Part shown: positions 1 through 9,933 of the stretch, one piece after another
How positions within the stretch are numbered: position 1 is the first letter of the stretch
Layout of the letters: the number at the start of each line of letters is the position of its first letter
Notes under the pieces: generated by a model
The model's database searches: none
What the model was told of the DNA's origin: nothing
Seen by the model: only the letters and a program-made list of their open reading frames with translations
NCBI GenBank assembly: GCA_965261735.1
Contig: OZ253470.1
Span: 4,864,001-4,928,000 of the forward strand
From: Alphaproteobacteria bacterium
Lineage (GTDB): Bacteria > Pseudomonadota > Alphaproteobacteria > SHVV01
Direction of reading: 5' to 3'
DNA: 64,000 nucleotides
Made by a program: the position numbers and the translations under genes

Positions 1-668
1 TCGAGGGGCATCCGGAGGATGCCGAGCGCGTGCGCGGGTACCGGGCGGACCGGGAGATCCTGCATGCACTCTATGATACCGTCCTCGATGAGCCCATTCC
101 GCCGGCGATGCTGCGCCGACACCGACTCCACCAACGCCCGTGGATCGGCAGGGCAGCGGCCGCGTTGCTCGGTGTCGTCGTCGGTGGCGCGGGCGGCTGG
201 TGGCTCAACGATAGCGCGGGCGGGCGCACCGCCCTGGGTGGTCTCTTCGCCGAGGACGCGCTGGTCGCCCACATCGTGTATGCGCCCGAGATTCGTCATG
301 CCGTCGAGGTCGCGGCGAGCGACGAGGCGCATCTCGTCGGCTGGCTGTCGAAACGGGTCGGTACCCCGATAAAGGCGCCGCGGCTCGACGAGGCCGGATT
401 CGAGCTCGTCGGCGGGCGCCTGGTCCCTGCGGCTCGGGCACCCGTCGCCCAATTCATGTATGAGAACACGAAGGGCGAGCGCCTCACTCTCTACCTTCGC
501 CACTTTGACACGAGCGATCGCGAGACGGCGTTCCGATACGACCGCCGCGGCGACGTCGGCGCTCTCTACTGGATCCATAGCCCGCTCGGCTACGCCGTCG
601 TCGGCGAGATGGACCGCGAAGCCCTGCTCAAGCTCGCCAAGCTCGTGTACATGCAGTTCAGTCCCTAA
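1..668 (+). CDS. Transmembrane anti-sigma factor (PrtR/COG5662-like), 5' end outside the window
   Basis: Frame is open to the window start; one TM helix (AAAALLGVVVGGAGGWW), then HAVEV..HLVGWLSKRVG and GFELVGGRL..AQFMYE motifs. Confidence 0.8.
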   Translation, partial: EGHPEDAERVRGYRADREILHALYDTVLDEPIPPAMLRRHRLHQRPWIGRAAAALLGVVVGGAGGWWLNDSAGGRTALGGLFAEDALVAHIVYAPEIRHAVEVAASDEAHLVGWLSKRVGTPIKAPRLDEAGFELVGGRLVPAARAPVAQFMYENTKGERLTLYLRHFDTSDRETAFRYDRRGDVGALYWIHSPLGYAVVGEMDREALLKLAKLVYMQFSP

Positions 669-734
669 GCGGGGTGTTGGCCGGCCGCGGGCGCGGCCGT
701 TGCGCTTCGCCGCTCGGCCCGCTATCACACGCGC

Positions 735-1532
735 ATGACGTTCGTGGCGTCGAAGGTCCTTTGGTTCCTCGTCGAGCCGGGCAACGCTCTGTTCTTGCTC
801 CTCGTCGTCGGTGTCGCGCTATCCTGGACCCGGTGGCGGCGTTGGGGGCGGCTGCTGACGCTCTGGGCCACCGTCGCCTTTTTGGCCATCATGGTTCTGC
901 CCCTCGGCGCCCTCCTTGCCCTTCCCTTGGAGAGTCGGTTCTGGAGCGGGCAGGCGGAGCCCGACCGGGTCGACGGAATCGTCCTACTCGGAGGGGCTAG
1001 CAGCCTCAAGGCGACCGCGGCCTGGGGGCGGGTTTCGCTCAACGACAACGCCGAGCGAATCACCGAGTTCGTTGCGCTCGCCCGGCGCCATCCCGAGGCC
1101 CGGCTCATTTTCACCGGCGGTTCTGGTTCGCTGCAGCCGGGGGCGCTGCGCGAGGCCGATGTGGTCGAACAGGTGATGCACGACATCGGATTTGATGTCG
1201 GCCGCGTGACGTTCGAGCGTGCCGCCCGCAATACATATGAAAACGCGCGAAACAGCCTTCCCCTGGCTAACCCGGCTGCAGGCGAGGTGTGGCTTCTGGT
1301 GACGTCGGCTCAGCACATGCCGCGGGCGGGGGGCTGTTTCCGCCAAGTTGGCTGGGACGTCGTGCCCCACGCGACGGACTACCGCCTGGATCGACACAAG
1401 CCGTACGGCATCGGGCTCAAGTTCGCCGGCAAGCTCAACCGGTTCAACGCTGTCTTCCGCGAATGGCTCGGCCTCATCGCCTATCGCGTGCTGGGGCTCA
1501 CCAACGCGCTCCTACCGGGGCCCGCCGCGTGA
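735..1532 (+). CDS. YdcF/ElyC family (DUF218) membrane protein
   Basis: N-terminal TM helices; IVLLGG, FTGGSG, ARNTYENA, LVTSAQHMPRA and REWLG motifs. Confidence 0.85.
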   Translation: MTFVASKVLWFLVEPGNALFLLLVVGVALSWTRWRRWGRLLTLWATVAFLAIMVLPLGALLALPLESRFWSGQAEPDRVDGIVLLGGASSLKATAAWGRVSLNDNAERITEFVALARRHPEARLIFTGGSGSLQPGALREADVVEQVMHDIGFDVGRVTFERAARNTYENARNSLPLANPAAGEVWLLVTSAQHMPRAGGCFRQVGWDVVPHATDYRLDRHKPYGIGLKFAGKLNRFNAVFREWLGLIAYRVLGLTNALLPGPAA

Positions 1533-2539
1533 CGTGGCGCGGGCTCTGGTCGCGAGATCGTCGCGGCTTCGCGATGGGGCACCTCGCCCTGTTCGTTGCC
1601 TTGGCCGCCACTTCGCCGGGGCCCGGGCACGCCGCCGAGCGCGATTTCGCGACCTGGCTCGACGGGGTCCGCGCCGAGGCCCTCGCCCGCGGCGTTCGCG
1701 CGGTCACGCTTGACGCGGCTCTGAGCGGCGTGGCGCCGATACCGCGCGTGATCGAGCTCGACCGCCGTCAGCCCGAGTTCACGCTGACCTTCGAGCAATA
1801 CCTCGACCGCGTGATACCGGAGCGGCGGGTGAAGCGGGGGCGCGCGCTGTTGGCCGAGCATCGGGGCCTGCTCGAAGAAATCGCCGCAGCCTACCGGGTC
1901 CAGCCGCGCTTTATCGTTGCGTTGTGGGGCATCGAGTCCGACTTCGGTCGTATCACCGGTGGCTTCGACGTGGTGCCGGCCCTTGCAACGCTGGCGTTTG
2001 ATGGGCGCCGCAGCGCCTACTTCCGCGCACAGTTAATGGATGCGCTCGTCATTCTCGATCAGGGTCACATTGCGCCGCGTGACATGAAGGGCTCGTGGGC
2101 CGGTGCGATGGGCCAGAGCCAGTTCATGCCTTCGAGCTTTCTGCGCTTCGCGATCGACCACGACGGTGACGAGCGCCGCGATATATGGACGACGCCCGCC
2201 GATGTGTTTGCGTCGACCGCCAACTATCTCGCCAAGTCGGGCTGGCGCGACGACATCACCTGGGGTCGTGAGGTGCGCCTACCCGTGGGCTTCGATCGAG
2301 GCCTGGTCGGCACCAAGGTCGTCAAGCGGCTGCCCGAGTGGCAGGGCCTGGGCGTGCGCCGCGCGGACGGCCGCGACCTTCCGAGCAGGCCCCTGGCAGC
2401 CTCACTAATCCAGGCGCAGGAGGGCCGGGGACCGGCGTTCCTGGTCTACGACAACCACCACGCCATCCTCAGATGGAATCGGTCAACCTATTTTGCGCTC
2501 GCGGTGGGACTTCTTGCCGATCGCATCGCCGACCGTTAG
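1529..2539 (+). CDS. mltB: Lytic murein transglycosylase (MltB/SLT_2 family)
   Basis: DRRQPEF, ALWGIESDFG and GSWAGAMGQSQFMPSS motifs; GTG start overlaps the upstream TGA (start uncertain). Confidence 0.85.
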   Translation: MTWRGLWSRDRRGFAMGHLALFVALAATSPGPGHAAERDFATWLDGVRAEALARGVRAVTLDAALSGVAPIPRVIELDRRQPEFTLTFEQYLDRVIPERRVKRGRALLAEHRGLLEEIAAAYRVQPRFIVALWGIESDFGRITGGFDVVPALATLAFDGRRSAYFRAQLMDALVILDQGHIAPRDMKGSWAGAMGQSQFMPSSFLRFAIDHDGDERRDIWTTPADVFASTANYLAKSGWRDDITWGREVRLPVGFDRGLVGTKVVKRLPEWQGLGVRRADGRDLPSRPLAASLIQAQEGRGPAFLVYDNHHAILRWNRSTYFALAVGLLADRIADR

Positions 2540-2600
2540 ACTACTACATAGACGCTCATTGAGCTGCTGTCCCACTAGGTCATGGGGGAAAGCGGGGGGA

Positions 2601-3518
2601 GTGCGCCTCTTTACCGTTGTCGTTGCGGCCGCGCTGGTGGGTGCGTGCGCGCAGACTCGGCTCGCCGTCCACACGGCCAAACAGGTGGCGGAGTCGCTGG
2701 AGTCCTCGGCGCCGAGCGCGCCGCCGGCGGTCGCGACGGGCGTCGACAGCCCGACGTACAAGGTGGGCGACCCCTACCAGGTGGGCAGTGTCTGGTACAC
2801 CCCGCGCGAAGATCCCGACTACGAGCAAACGGGTATCGCCTCCTGGTATGGCGTGCCGTTTCACGGCCGGACCACGGCGAACGGCGAAGTCTACGACATG
2901 AACGCCCTGACCTCGGCGCACAAAACCCTGCCCATGCCGACGACGGTGCGCGTGACGAACCTCCAGAACGGCCGCTCCTTGGTGCTTCGGGTCAACGCTC
3001 GTGGACCCTTCGTCAACGGCCGCATCATCGACGTCTCGCGCCGCGCGGCGCAGCTGCTCGGCTTTGTGCGCCAGGGCACGGCGCGGGTCCGGGTGAGTGC
3101 CATTCAATCAAAGTCGGAGCGCTATGTCGGGAGGCGGCCCGAGACTTCCGAGGAGGAGCGACGCGAGATCGCCGCGGTCCCGATCGTTCCGGTTCGCGGC
3201 CAGCGGCTCGCGCCGCCGGCCGGCGTCAGCGTCGCGCCGGCCACGCCTCAGCAGCGCCCTTCCATCGTTTCGCGCGAGGCGGTCAAGGAGACGCGCATGT
3301 ATGTCCAGGCGGGCGCCTTCGTCCAGCACGCCAATGCGCAGGCCCTCGCCAGCCGGTTGGCGTCTCTGGGGTCCGCGCAGATCACCACGGCGACGGTCAA
3401 GGGGCAGCGCTTCTACAGGGTTCGAATCGGCCCCCTCGAGTCGGTAGAGGAGGCCGATGTGGCGCTCGCAAGGGTCATCGGCGGCGGCCATTCCGGGGCC
3501 CGCATTGTGGTAGACTGA
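2601..3518 (+). CDS. rlpA: Septal ring lytic transglycosylase RlpA (lipoprotein, DPBB + SPOR)
   Basis: Lipobox LVGAC; GIASWYG, TANGE, AHKTLP, RIIDVS; C-terminal SPOR domain (YVQAGAF..RVRIGP). Confidence 0.9.
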   Translation: MRLFTVVVAAALVGACAQTRLAVHTAKQVAESLESSAPSAPPAVATGVDSPTYKVGDPYQVGSVWYTPREDPDYEQTGIASWYGVPFHGRTTANGEVYDMNALTSAHKTLPMPTTVRVTNLQNGRSLVLRVNARGPFVNGRIIDVSRRAAQLLGFVRQGTARVRVSAIQSKSERYVGRRPETSEEERREIAAVPIVPVRGQRLAPPAGVSVAPATPQQRPSIVSREAVKETRMYVQAGAFVQHANAQALASRLASLGSAQITTATVKGQRFYRVRIGPLESVEEADVALARVIGGGHSGARIVVD

Positions 3519-3561
3519 CGCCGCCGATCAAGCCCACCAGCCGAGGCTCTAGTAAACCTCC

Positions 3562-4716
3562 ATGACTTGTACAACTCGTCAGCCGCGCGGCCTGCGCCTC
3601 CTTGCGGTCGTGTTGCTTTGCGTCGCCGGCGCGCTGCCCGCCCATGCCTTCGAGACGCCGGCGGCCCAGGTGTTCGCTGTAGATATCGACACCGGCACCG
3701 TCCTCGTCGAACGCGCCGCCGATGATCCGATGGCGCCCGCATCGATGAGCAAATTGATGACCGTGTACATGGTGTTCGAGCGCCTCGCCGAGGGTGGTCT
3801 CAACCTCACCGACACCATGCCCGTCAGCGAAAAAGCCTGGCGCATGGGCGGCTCCAAGATGTTCGTCCGCGTCAACACCCGGGTTTCGGTCGAGGATCTG
3901 CTGCGCGGCATCATCGTGCAGTCGGGCAACGATGCGTGCATCGTGATCGCCGAGGGGCTGGCTGGTACCGAGGAGGCGTTCTCGGCCGAGATGACTAGGC
4001 GCGGACGCGAGATCGGGCTCCTCAACACGACGTTCAGGAACGCGAGTGGCTGGCCTGACCCGGAGCATCTGACCACGGCGCGCGATCTCGCTACGCTCGC
4101 CATCCGCCTGATCGAGGACTTCCCCCAGTACTATGGCTTTTTTGCCGAGAAGTCCTTCACCTACAACGGCATCAAGCAGGGCAATCGCAATCCGCTGCTC
4201 TACAAGGAGGTTGGCTCCGACGGCCTCAAGACGGGGCACACGAAGGAGTCGGGCTACGGGTTGACCGCGTCGGCCGTGCGCAATGGCCGCCGCGTCGTCG
4301 TCGTGCTCAGCGGCCTCGAGAGCGTCAATCAGCGGTCGCGCGAGGCCGAGCGCCTGCTCGATTGGGGGTTCCGCGAGTTCGGCAACTACACCCTGTTCGA
4401 GGCGGCCAACACGGTCGACACGGCGGACGTTTGGCTCGGGACGGAAGCGCAGGTGCCGCTCGTCCTGAAGGACCCGCTCACCGTGACGTTGAGCCGCAAG
4501 GCGCGGCGCGCGATGACGGTCAAGGTCGCCTATGACGGTCCCGTGCCGGCGCCCATCGCCAAAGGGGATCGCATCGGCGAACTCATCGTCGACGCGCCCG
4601 GCGCCCCCGGGATCGGTGTGCCCTTGTTCGCCGGCGAGAGCGTCGCGCGCCTGGGCGTGCTCGGCCGCTTTCAGGCGGCAGTCGGCTATCTGCTGTGGGG
4701 GGCCGCCGGTCGCTGA
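3562..4716 (+). CDS. dacA: D-alanyl-D-alanine carboxypeptidase (PBP5/6)
   Basis: SxxK (ASMSK), SGN and KTG motifs; synteny with rlpA and tmk. Confidence 0.9.
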   Translation: MTCTTRQPRGLRLLAVVLLCVAGALPAHAFETPAAQVFAVDIDTGTVLVERAADDPMAPASMSKLMTVYMVFERLAEGGLNLTDTMPVSEKAWRMGGSKMFVRVNTRVSVEDLLRGIIVQSGNDACIVIAEGLAGTEEAFSAEMTRRGREIGLLNTTFRNASGWPDPEHLTTARDLATLAIRLIEDFPQYYGFFAEKSFTYNGIKQGNRNPLLYKEVGSDGLKTGHTKESGYGLTASAVRNGRRVVVVLSGLESVNQRSREAERLLDWGFREFGNYTLFEAANTVDTADVWLGTEAQVPLVLKDPLTVTLSRKARRAMTVKVAYDGPVPAPIAKGDRIGELIVDAPGAPGIGVPLFAGESVARLGVLGRFQAAVGYLLWGAAGR

Positions 4717-4748
4717 TCGGCGGAGATGCCTGACCGCCGCGCAACGCT

Positions 4749-5390
4749 TTGGATCCCGGCAAATTCATCACGGTCGAGGGCGGCGAGGGCGCCGGCAAGT
4801 CGACACAGGCGCGCCTGTTGGGCGAGGCTCTGCGGGAGAGGGGGGTTGATACCCTGGTCACCCGCGAGCCCGGTGGGGCGCGCGGCGCCGAGGCGATCCG
4901 CAGCCTCCTCCTCGATCCGGCCGGCACGTGGCAGCCCATGAGCGAAGCGCTGCTGCATTTCGCCGCGCGCCGCGAGCACCTGAGCGAGACCATCGAGCCG
5001 GCGCTGGCCACAGGGAGGTGGGTCGTGTGCGACCGCTTCACGGACTCCACGGCCGCCTATCAGGGGGCGGGGCGCGGACTCGGGCAGGCCGCCGTTGAGG
5101 GTCTGCATAGGACGGTGATCGGCGATTTCGCTCCTGACCTGACTTTGGTCCTCGATATCCCGGTCGATGACGGCGCGACCAGGCTCGACACCCGCCGCCG
5201 CCGGCGCGACCGTTACGAGCGCATGGATGCCAGCTTCCATCAACGCGTTCGCGATGCCTTCCTCGACATTGCCCAGCGCGATCCGACTCGCTGCGTCGTC
5301 ATCGACGCGCGCGGTCCTATCGAGCGGGTCCAGGAGGCGGTGTGGCGCGCGGTGGCCGACCGCTTCGGGATCTCGCAGGGTCAAAGCTGA
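4749..5390 (+). CDS. tmk: Thymidylate kinase
   Basis: EGGEGAGKST P-loop, TREPGG, CDRF, AYQG. Confidence 0.95.
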   Translation: MDPGKFITVEGGEGAGKSTQARLLGEALRERGVDTLVTREPGGARGAEAIRSLLLDPAGTWQPMSEALLHFAARREHLSETIEPALATGRWVVCDRFTDSTAAYQGAGRGLGQAAVEGLHRTVIGDFAPDLTLVLDIPVDDGATRLDTRRRRRDRYERMDASFHQRVRDAFLDIAQRDPTRCVVIDARGPIERVQEAVWRAVADRFGISQGQS

Positions 5391-6535
5391 TGGCCGAGCC
5401 CGTAGCCGAAGCCGCACCTTCCCCGCGCGACAATCCTGACCTTGTCGGCCACGAGGAGGCCGAGCGCGTGCTCGCTCGGGCCTTCGCCACCGGTCGCATG
5501 CCGCACGCGTGGATGATCAGCGGCCCCAAGGGAGTGGGCAAGGCGACGCTCGCTTACCGCTTCGCGCGCTTCGTGCTCGCGGCGGGGCGCACGGGCGCGC
5601 CGGGCGGGCCCGATCGCGCCGGCCTGCCTCCGAGCCTGGCCCTGTCAGCCGATGACGGCGTGTTCCGGCGCGTCGCCTCGGGCGGTCACGCCGACCTGCT
5701 GGTCGTGGAGAAGTCGTGGGACGAGCGCCGCAAGCGCATGCGCGACGAGATCGTCGTCGATGACGCGCGCCAGCTGCCGCAGTTCTTTTCTTTGACGGCG
5801 GCCGAGGGCGGCTGGCGTGTGGCTATCATCGACGCCGCTGATGAGATGAACCGCAACGCCGCCAACGCTCTGCTCAAGATCGTCGAGGAGCCGCCGGCCT
5901 TTGGCCTCGTTCTTCTGATCGCCCATGCGCCGGGCGGGCTGGCACCGACGATCCGCTCGCGTTGCCGCAAGCTCGCGTTGCGGCCGCTGGCCGACGATGC
6001 ATTAACCGCGTTCCTCGGCGCGCGTGCCCCCGACCTCAGCGAGGTGGAGCGCGCCGCGCTCACCGGACTTGCCGAGGGCAGTCCGGGACGAGCGCTGCGG
6101 ATCGCCGCGGCCGGAGGCATGGCGCTTTACGAGGAGGTCGTCGGTCTCCTTTCCTCTCTTCCGGGCCTCGACATCGGGCGCGCGCACCGCCTCGGCGACC
6201 GACTATCGAGGCGGGGCGGTGAGGACTCACTGGAGACCCTCGCCTGGTTCCTCGGCGGCTGGCTCGCCAAGATGATCCGGGGTGGGGCGGCGGGCGAGCC
6301 GTTCACGGAGATAGTCGGCGGCGAACGCGCCCTGGCAGAGCGCCTGCTGGCGCGCCGCGACCTTGATCGATGGGCCGAGGTGTGGGAAAAGGCGAGCGCG
6401 CTACTCGCCGCCGCCCACGGCGCCAACCTCGACAGAAAACAGGTTGTCCTCAACGTTTTCTCCGCCCTCGATCGGGCGGTGCAGGATGGCGATTCGCCGG
6501 TCCTGCCGTGGGTGACGGGCACGGCGCAGATATAG
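5390..6535 (+). CDS. holB: DNA polymerase III subunit delta'
   Basis: HAWMISGPKGVGKAT, NAANALLK..EEPP, TIRSRC; ATG overlaps the tmk stop. Confidence 0.92.
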   Translation: MAEPVAEAAPSPRDNPDLVGHEEAERVLARAFATGRMPHAWMISGPKGVGKATLAYRFARFVLAAGRTGAPGGPDRAGLPPSLALSADDGVFRRVASGGHADLLVVEKSWDERRKRMRDEIVVDDARQLPQFFSLTAAEGGWRVAIIDAADEMNRNAANALLKIVEEPPAFGLVLLIAHAPGGLAPTIRSRCRKLALRPLADDALTAFLGARAPDLSEVERAALTGLAEGSPGRALRIAAAGGMALYEEVVGLLSSLPGLDIGRAHRLGDRLSRRGGEDSLETLAWFLGGWLAKMIRGGAAGEPFTEIVGGERALAERLLARRDLDRWAEVWEKASALLAAAHGANLDRKQVVLNVFSALDRAVQDGDSPVLPWVTGTAQI

Positions 6536-6561
6536 TGGAGCGGGGCGAGCGGAGAGGTTTC

Positions 6562-8118
6562 ATGGCGGCGGCGAACGCCTTCTACATCACCACGCCCATC
6601 TATTACGTCAACGACGTGCCCCACATCGGGCACGCCTACACCACGCTCGCCTGCGACGTACTGGCGCGCTTCATGAGGCTCGACGGCCGCGACGTCATGT
6701 TCCTGACGGGCACCGACGAGCACGGTCAGAAGGTGGAGAAATCGGCCGCCGCGGCCGGCGAGGCGCCGCAGGCCTTCTGTGACCGGGTAAGCCAGAACTT
6801 CCGCGATCTTTCGCATCTCATGAACTATTCGGATGACGCCTTCATCCGTACCACCGAGGTCCGCCATGCCGGTGCCTCTCAGGCTATCTGGCGGGCGCTC
6901 GACGAGGCGGGCGAGATCTATCTCGGCACCTACGCCGGTTGGTACTCGGTACGCGACGAGGCGTTCTACGCCGAGGACGAGCTGATCGAAGGGGAAGGCG
7001 GCAAGGCCGCACCCTCGGGCGCCCCGATCGAGTGGGTGGAGGAGCCGAGCTACTTCTTTCGCTTAAGCGCCTGGCAGGATCGGCTCCTGGAGCTGTATGC
7101 CGCCCATCCGGATTTCGTCCTGCCCAAGGGGCGCCTCAACGAGGTCGTAAGTTTCGTCAAGGGCGGCTTGCGCGACCTGTCGATCTCGCGGACGAGCTTC
7201 AAATGGGGCGTGCCGGTACCGGGCGATCCCGACCACATCATGTATGTGTGGCTGGACGCGCTCACCAACTACATCACGGCGCTCGGCTACCCCGAGGTCT
7301 ATTCGCCGCAGTTCACCGCCTACTGGCCGGCCACCATCCACATGGTCGGAAAGGACATCCTGCGGTTTCACGCAGTCTACTGGCCAGCCTTCCTGATGGC
7401 GGCGGGGGTCGCGCCTCCGGAGCGCGTGTTCGCCCACGGCTGGTGGACCGTCGAGGGCGAGAAGATGTCGAAATCGCTCGGCAACTTCATCGCGCCGAAC
7501 GATCTGGTGGCGAAATACGGTCTCGATCCGGTGCGCTATTTCCTTATGCGCGAGCTGCCCTTCGGCAACGACGGCGACTTCTCGCACCGCGCCGTGGTCA
7601 ACCGAATCAATAGCGATCTCGCCAACGATCTCGGCAACCTCGTCCAGCGCGTACTCAGCATGATCAACCGCAATTGCGGGGCCCGCGTTCCCGCGCCGGG
7701 CGAGTTGGGCGAGGCCGACTCCGAGTTGCTCGCCGCGGCGGCGGCGCTCCTCGGTGTCACGCGCGAGGCGATGGCGTGCCAGGAAATCCACGCCGCCCTC
7801 GTCGAGCTATGGAACGTCGTCGGCGCCGCCAACCGCTACGTCGACGCCCAGGCGCCGTGGCAGCTGCGGACCTCCGACCCCGCGCGCATGGCGACGGTGC
7901 TGTATGTGCTGGCCGAGGTGTTGCGCCGCCTCGGTATTCTCCTGCTCGCGTTCGTGCCCGATTCCGCAACGGCGATCCTCGATCAATTGGGGCTGCCCGA
8001 GGACGCTCGCGACTTCACACGGCTCAACGATGAGTCCGCTCTAGCGCCGGGGACGCCATTACCGCCACCGGTCGCCATATTCCCGCGCTACGTGGAGCCG
8101 GCGGCGGCGTCCGCCTGA
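6562..8118 (+). CDS. metG: Methionine-tRNA ligase
   Basis: FYITTPIYYVN, HIGH and KMSKS motifs; RBS GGAGAGG before the ATG at 6562. Confidence 0.97.
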   Translation: MAAANAFYITTPIYYVNDVPHIGHAYTTLACDVLARFMRLDGRDVMFLTGTDEHGQKVEKSAAAAGEAPQAFCDRVSQNFRDLSHLMNYSDDAFIRTTEVRHAGASQAIWRALDEAGEIYLGTYAGWYSVRDEAFYAEDELIEGEGGKAAPSGAPIEWVEEPSYFFRLSAWQDRLLELYAAHPDFVLPKGRLNEVVSFVKGGLRDLSISRTSFKWGVPVPGDPDHIMYVWLDALTNYITALGYPEVYSPQFTAYWPATIHMVGKDILRFHAVYWPAFLMAAGVAPPERVFAHGWWTVEGEKMSKSLGNFIAPNDLVAKYGLDPVRYFLMRELPFGNDGDFSHRAVVNRINSDLANDLGNLVQRVLSMINRNCGARVPAPGELGEADSELLAAAAALLGVTREAMACQEIHAALVELWNVVGAANRYVDAQAPWQLRTSDPARMATVLYVLAEVLRRLGILLLAFVPDSATAILDQLGLPEDARDFTRLNDESALAPGTPLPPPVAIFPRYVEPAAASA

Positions 8119-8141
8119 GGCGTGCGCCCTACACGCGCGAG

Positions 8142-8930
8142 GTGAAAGCGATGCTGGTCGATAGCCATTGCCACCTCGATTTTCCCGACTTCGAGGGCGA
8201 GCACGATGGCCTGATCGCGCGTGCGCGCGCCGCCGGCGTCGCCGCGATGCTGACGATCGGCACGCGGCCGAGCCAGTTCGCGCAGGTGCGCGACCTGGCG
8301 GAGCGCTACGACGAGGTGTGGTGCTCGGTCGGCCTGCATCCGCACGACGCCGCGGCCGAACCCGACGTCGATGAGGAGGCGCTGATCGCGCTCGCGCAGC
8401 ACCCCAAGGCGGTCGCCATCGGAGAAACGGGGCTCGATTACCACTATGAGCACAGCCCCAGGCCGCGCCAGCAGGAAAGCTTCCGCGCCCACGCCCGCGC
8501 TGCCCGTGCCTGCGACCTGCCGCTGGTCGTCCATGCGCGCGATGCCGACGACGATGTCGCCGATATCCTGGCCGAGGAGATGGCGGCAGGACCGTTTCGC
8601 GGCGTTATCCACTGCTTCACTGCGGGCCGGGCGCTCGCCGAGCGAGCCCTCGAGATGGGTCTCTACATCTCCTTCTCCGGGATCGTCACGTTCAAGAACG
8701 CGGGTGATATTCGCGCGATCGCGCGCGACGTACCGGCCGAGCGACTGCTCGTCGAAACCGATGCGCCCTATCTGGCTCCGGTGCCGCATCGCGGTAAGCG
8801 TAACGCGCCCGAGTTTCTGCCGCACACGGCGACCCATGTCGCGGAACTCAGGGCGGTGCCTCTCGAGGAGCTTGCGGCGCAGACGACACGCAACTTCCAC
8901 GCGTTGTTTTCCAAGGCGCGCGCGCCCTGA
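8142..8930 (+). CDS. tatD: TatD family hydrolase
   Basis: DSHCH, GLHP, IGETGLDY, HCF and ETDAPY motifs. Confidence 0.92.
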   Translation: MKAMLVDSHCHLDFPDFEGEHDGLIARARAAGVAAMLTIGTRPSQFAQVRDLAERYDEVWCSVGLHPHDAAAEPDVDEEALIALAQHPKAVAIGETGLDYHYEHSPRPRQQESFRAHARAARACDLPLVVHARDADDDVADILAEEMAAGPFRGVIHCFTAGRALAERALEMGLYISFSGIVTFKNAGDIRAIARDVPAERLLVETDAPYLAPVPHRGKRNAPEFLPHTATHVAELRAVPLEELAAQTTRNFHALFSKARAP

Positions 8931-9688
8931 TGCGCTGCGTCATTCTCGGTTGCGGCACCTCGAGCGGCGTGCCACGTATCGGCAACGACTGGGGTGCCTG
9001 CGACCCGGCCGAGCCGCGCAACCGGCGCCTTCGCGCCTCGATCCTCATCGAAGACCTGGGGACGCGCCTCCTGGTCGATACCTCGCCCGATCTGCGGGCA
9101 CAGTGCCTGGCTAACGATATCGATCGCATCGACGCCGTACTCTATTCGCACGACCATGCCGATCACTCGCATGGCATCGACGATCTGAGGCTGTTCGCCT
9201 ATCGTGCTCGCTGCCCGGTCGCCGTCCATGCCGACTCCAACACACTGGGTGCCCTCAGGGCGCGCTTCGCGTACGCATTTGGCGAGGATCCGGCGTCCGA
9301 CTACCCGCCGATTCTCGCGCCGAACCTCATCGATGGTCCCTTTGAGGTCGGCGGCGTTGCGGTGGAGCCATTCCGCCAGGGGCACGGCCCGGTGGACACG
9401 GTCGGGTTTCGCTTCGGTCCGATCGCCTATTCGACCGATCTCGTGAGCCTGCCGGAAGAGTCGTTCCGGGTGCTGGAGGGGGTAGGGGTGTGGATCGTGG
9501 ACGCTCTGCGACCACAGCCGCATCCTACTCACGCCCACCTCGAGCTGACGCTAAGCTGGATTGCGCGCGTACGACCCGCGCGCGCAATCTTGACCCACAT
9601 GACCACGGAACTCGACTACCGGGCTCTCTGCCGGCAATTGCCGCACGGCGTCGAGCCCGCCTATGACGGCCTGATCATCGAGGCTTAG
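8930..9688 (+). CDS. MBL-fold metallo-hydrolase (PhnP/YycJ-like)
   Basis: LGCGTSSGVP and HDHADHSHG (HxHxDH) motifs. Confidence 0.9.
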   Translation: MRCVILGCGTSSGVPRIGNDWGACDPAEPRNRRLRASILIEDLGTRLLVDTSPDLRAQCLANDIDRIDAVLYSHDHADHSHGIDDLRLFAYRARCPVAVHADSNTLGALRARFAYAFGEDPASDYPPILAPNLIDGPFEVGGVAVEPFRQGHGPVDTVGFRFGPIAYSTDLVSLPEESFRVLEGVGVWIVDALRPQPHPTHAHLELTLSWIARVRPARAILTHMTTELDYRALCRQLPHGVEPAYDGLIIEA

Positions 9689-9761
9689 GGGTCGTTAACA
9701 GCGCCGGTCTCTATGACTCAAAAAAGTCTAGGAACGCATTGGTATAAAGTAAGATAATAGT

Positions 9762-9789
9762 TTTTACCATAATATATATTATGCGATTT
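9762..9789 (-). other. dif: dif site (XerC/XerD chromosome dimer resolution site)
   Basis: Minus strand reads AAATCGCATAA-TATATA-TTATGGTAAAA, matching the 11-6-11 dif layout (E. coli GGTGCGCATAA-TGTATA-TTATGTTAAAT); lies in an AT-rich intergenic patch. Confidence 0.85.
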
Positions 9790-9898
9790 ACGATATCTCT
9801 CTATCACCACCATTCCCCGGCTCAGGCGTGCTCCTCTCCGCGTGCGTCAGCTTTCGTTCATTCGGCGCCAAGCGCTGCGCGACGCACCCGAAAGCGCC

Positions 9899-9927
9899 TT
9901 GCTGCCCGCTACCCCTAACGAGATAAT
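9899..9927 (+). promoter_or_regulatory. Putative sigma70 promoter of a leaderless mazG mRNA
   Basis: TTGCTG-17 nt-GATAAT, 6 nt before the ATG; no SD sequence. Confidence 0.45.
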
Positions 9928-9933
9928 GGGCCC

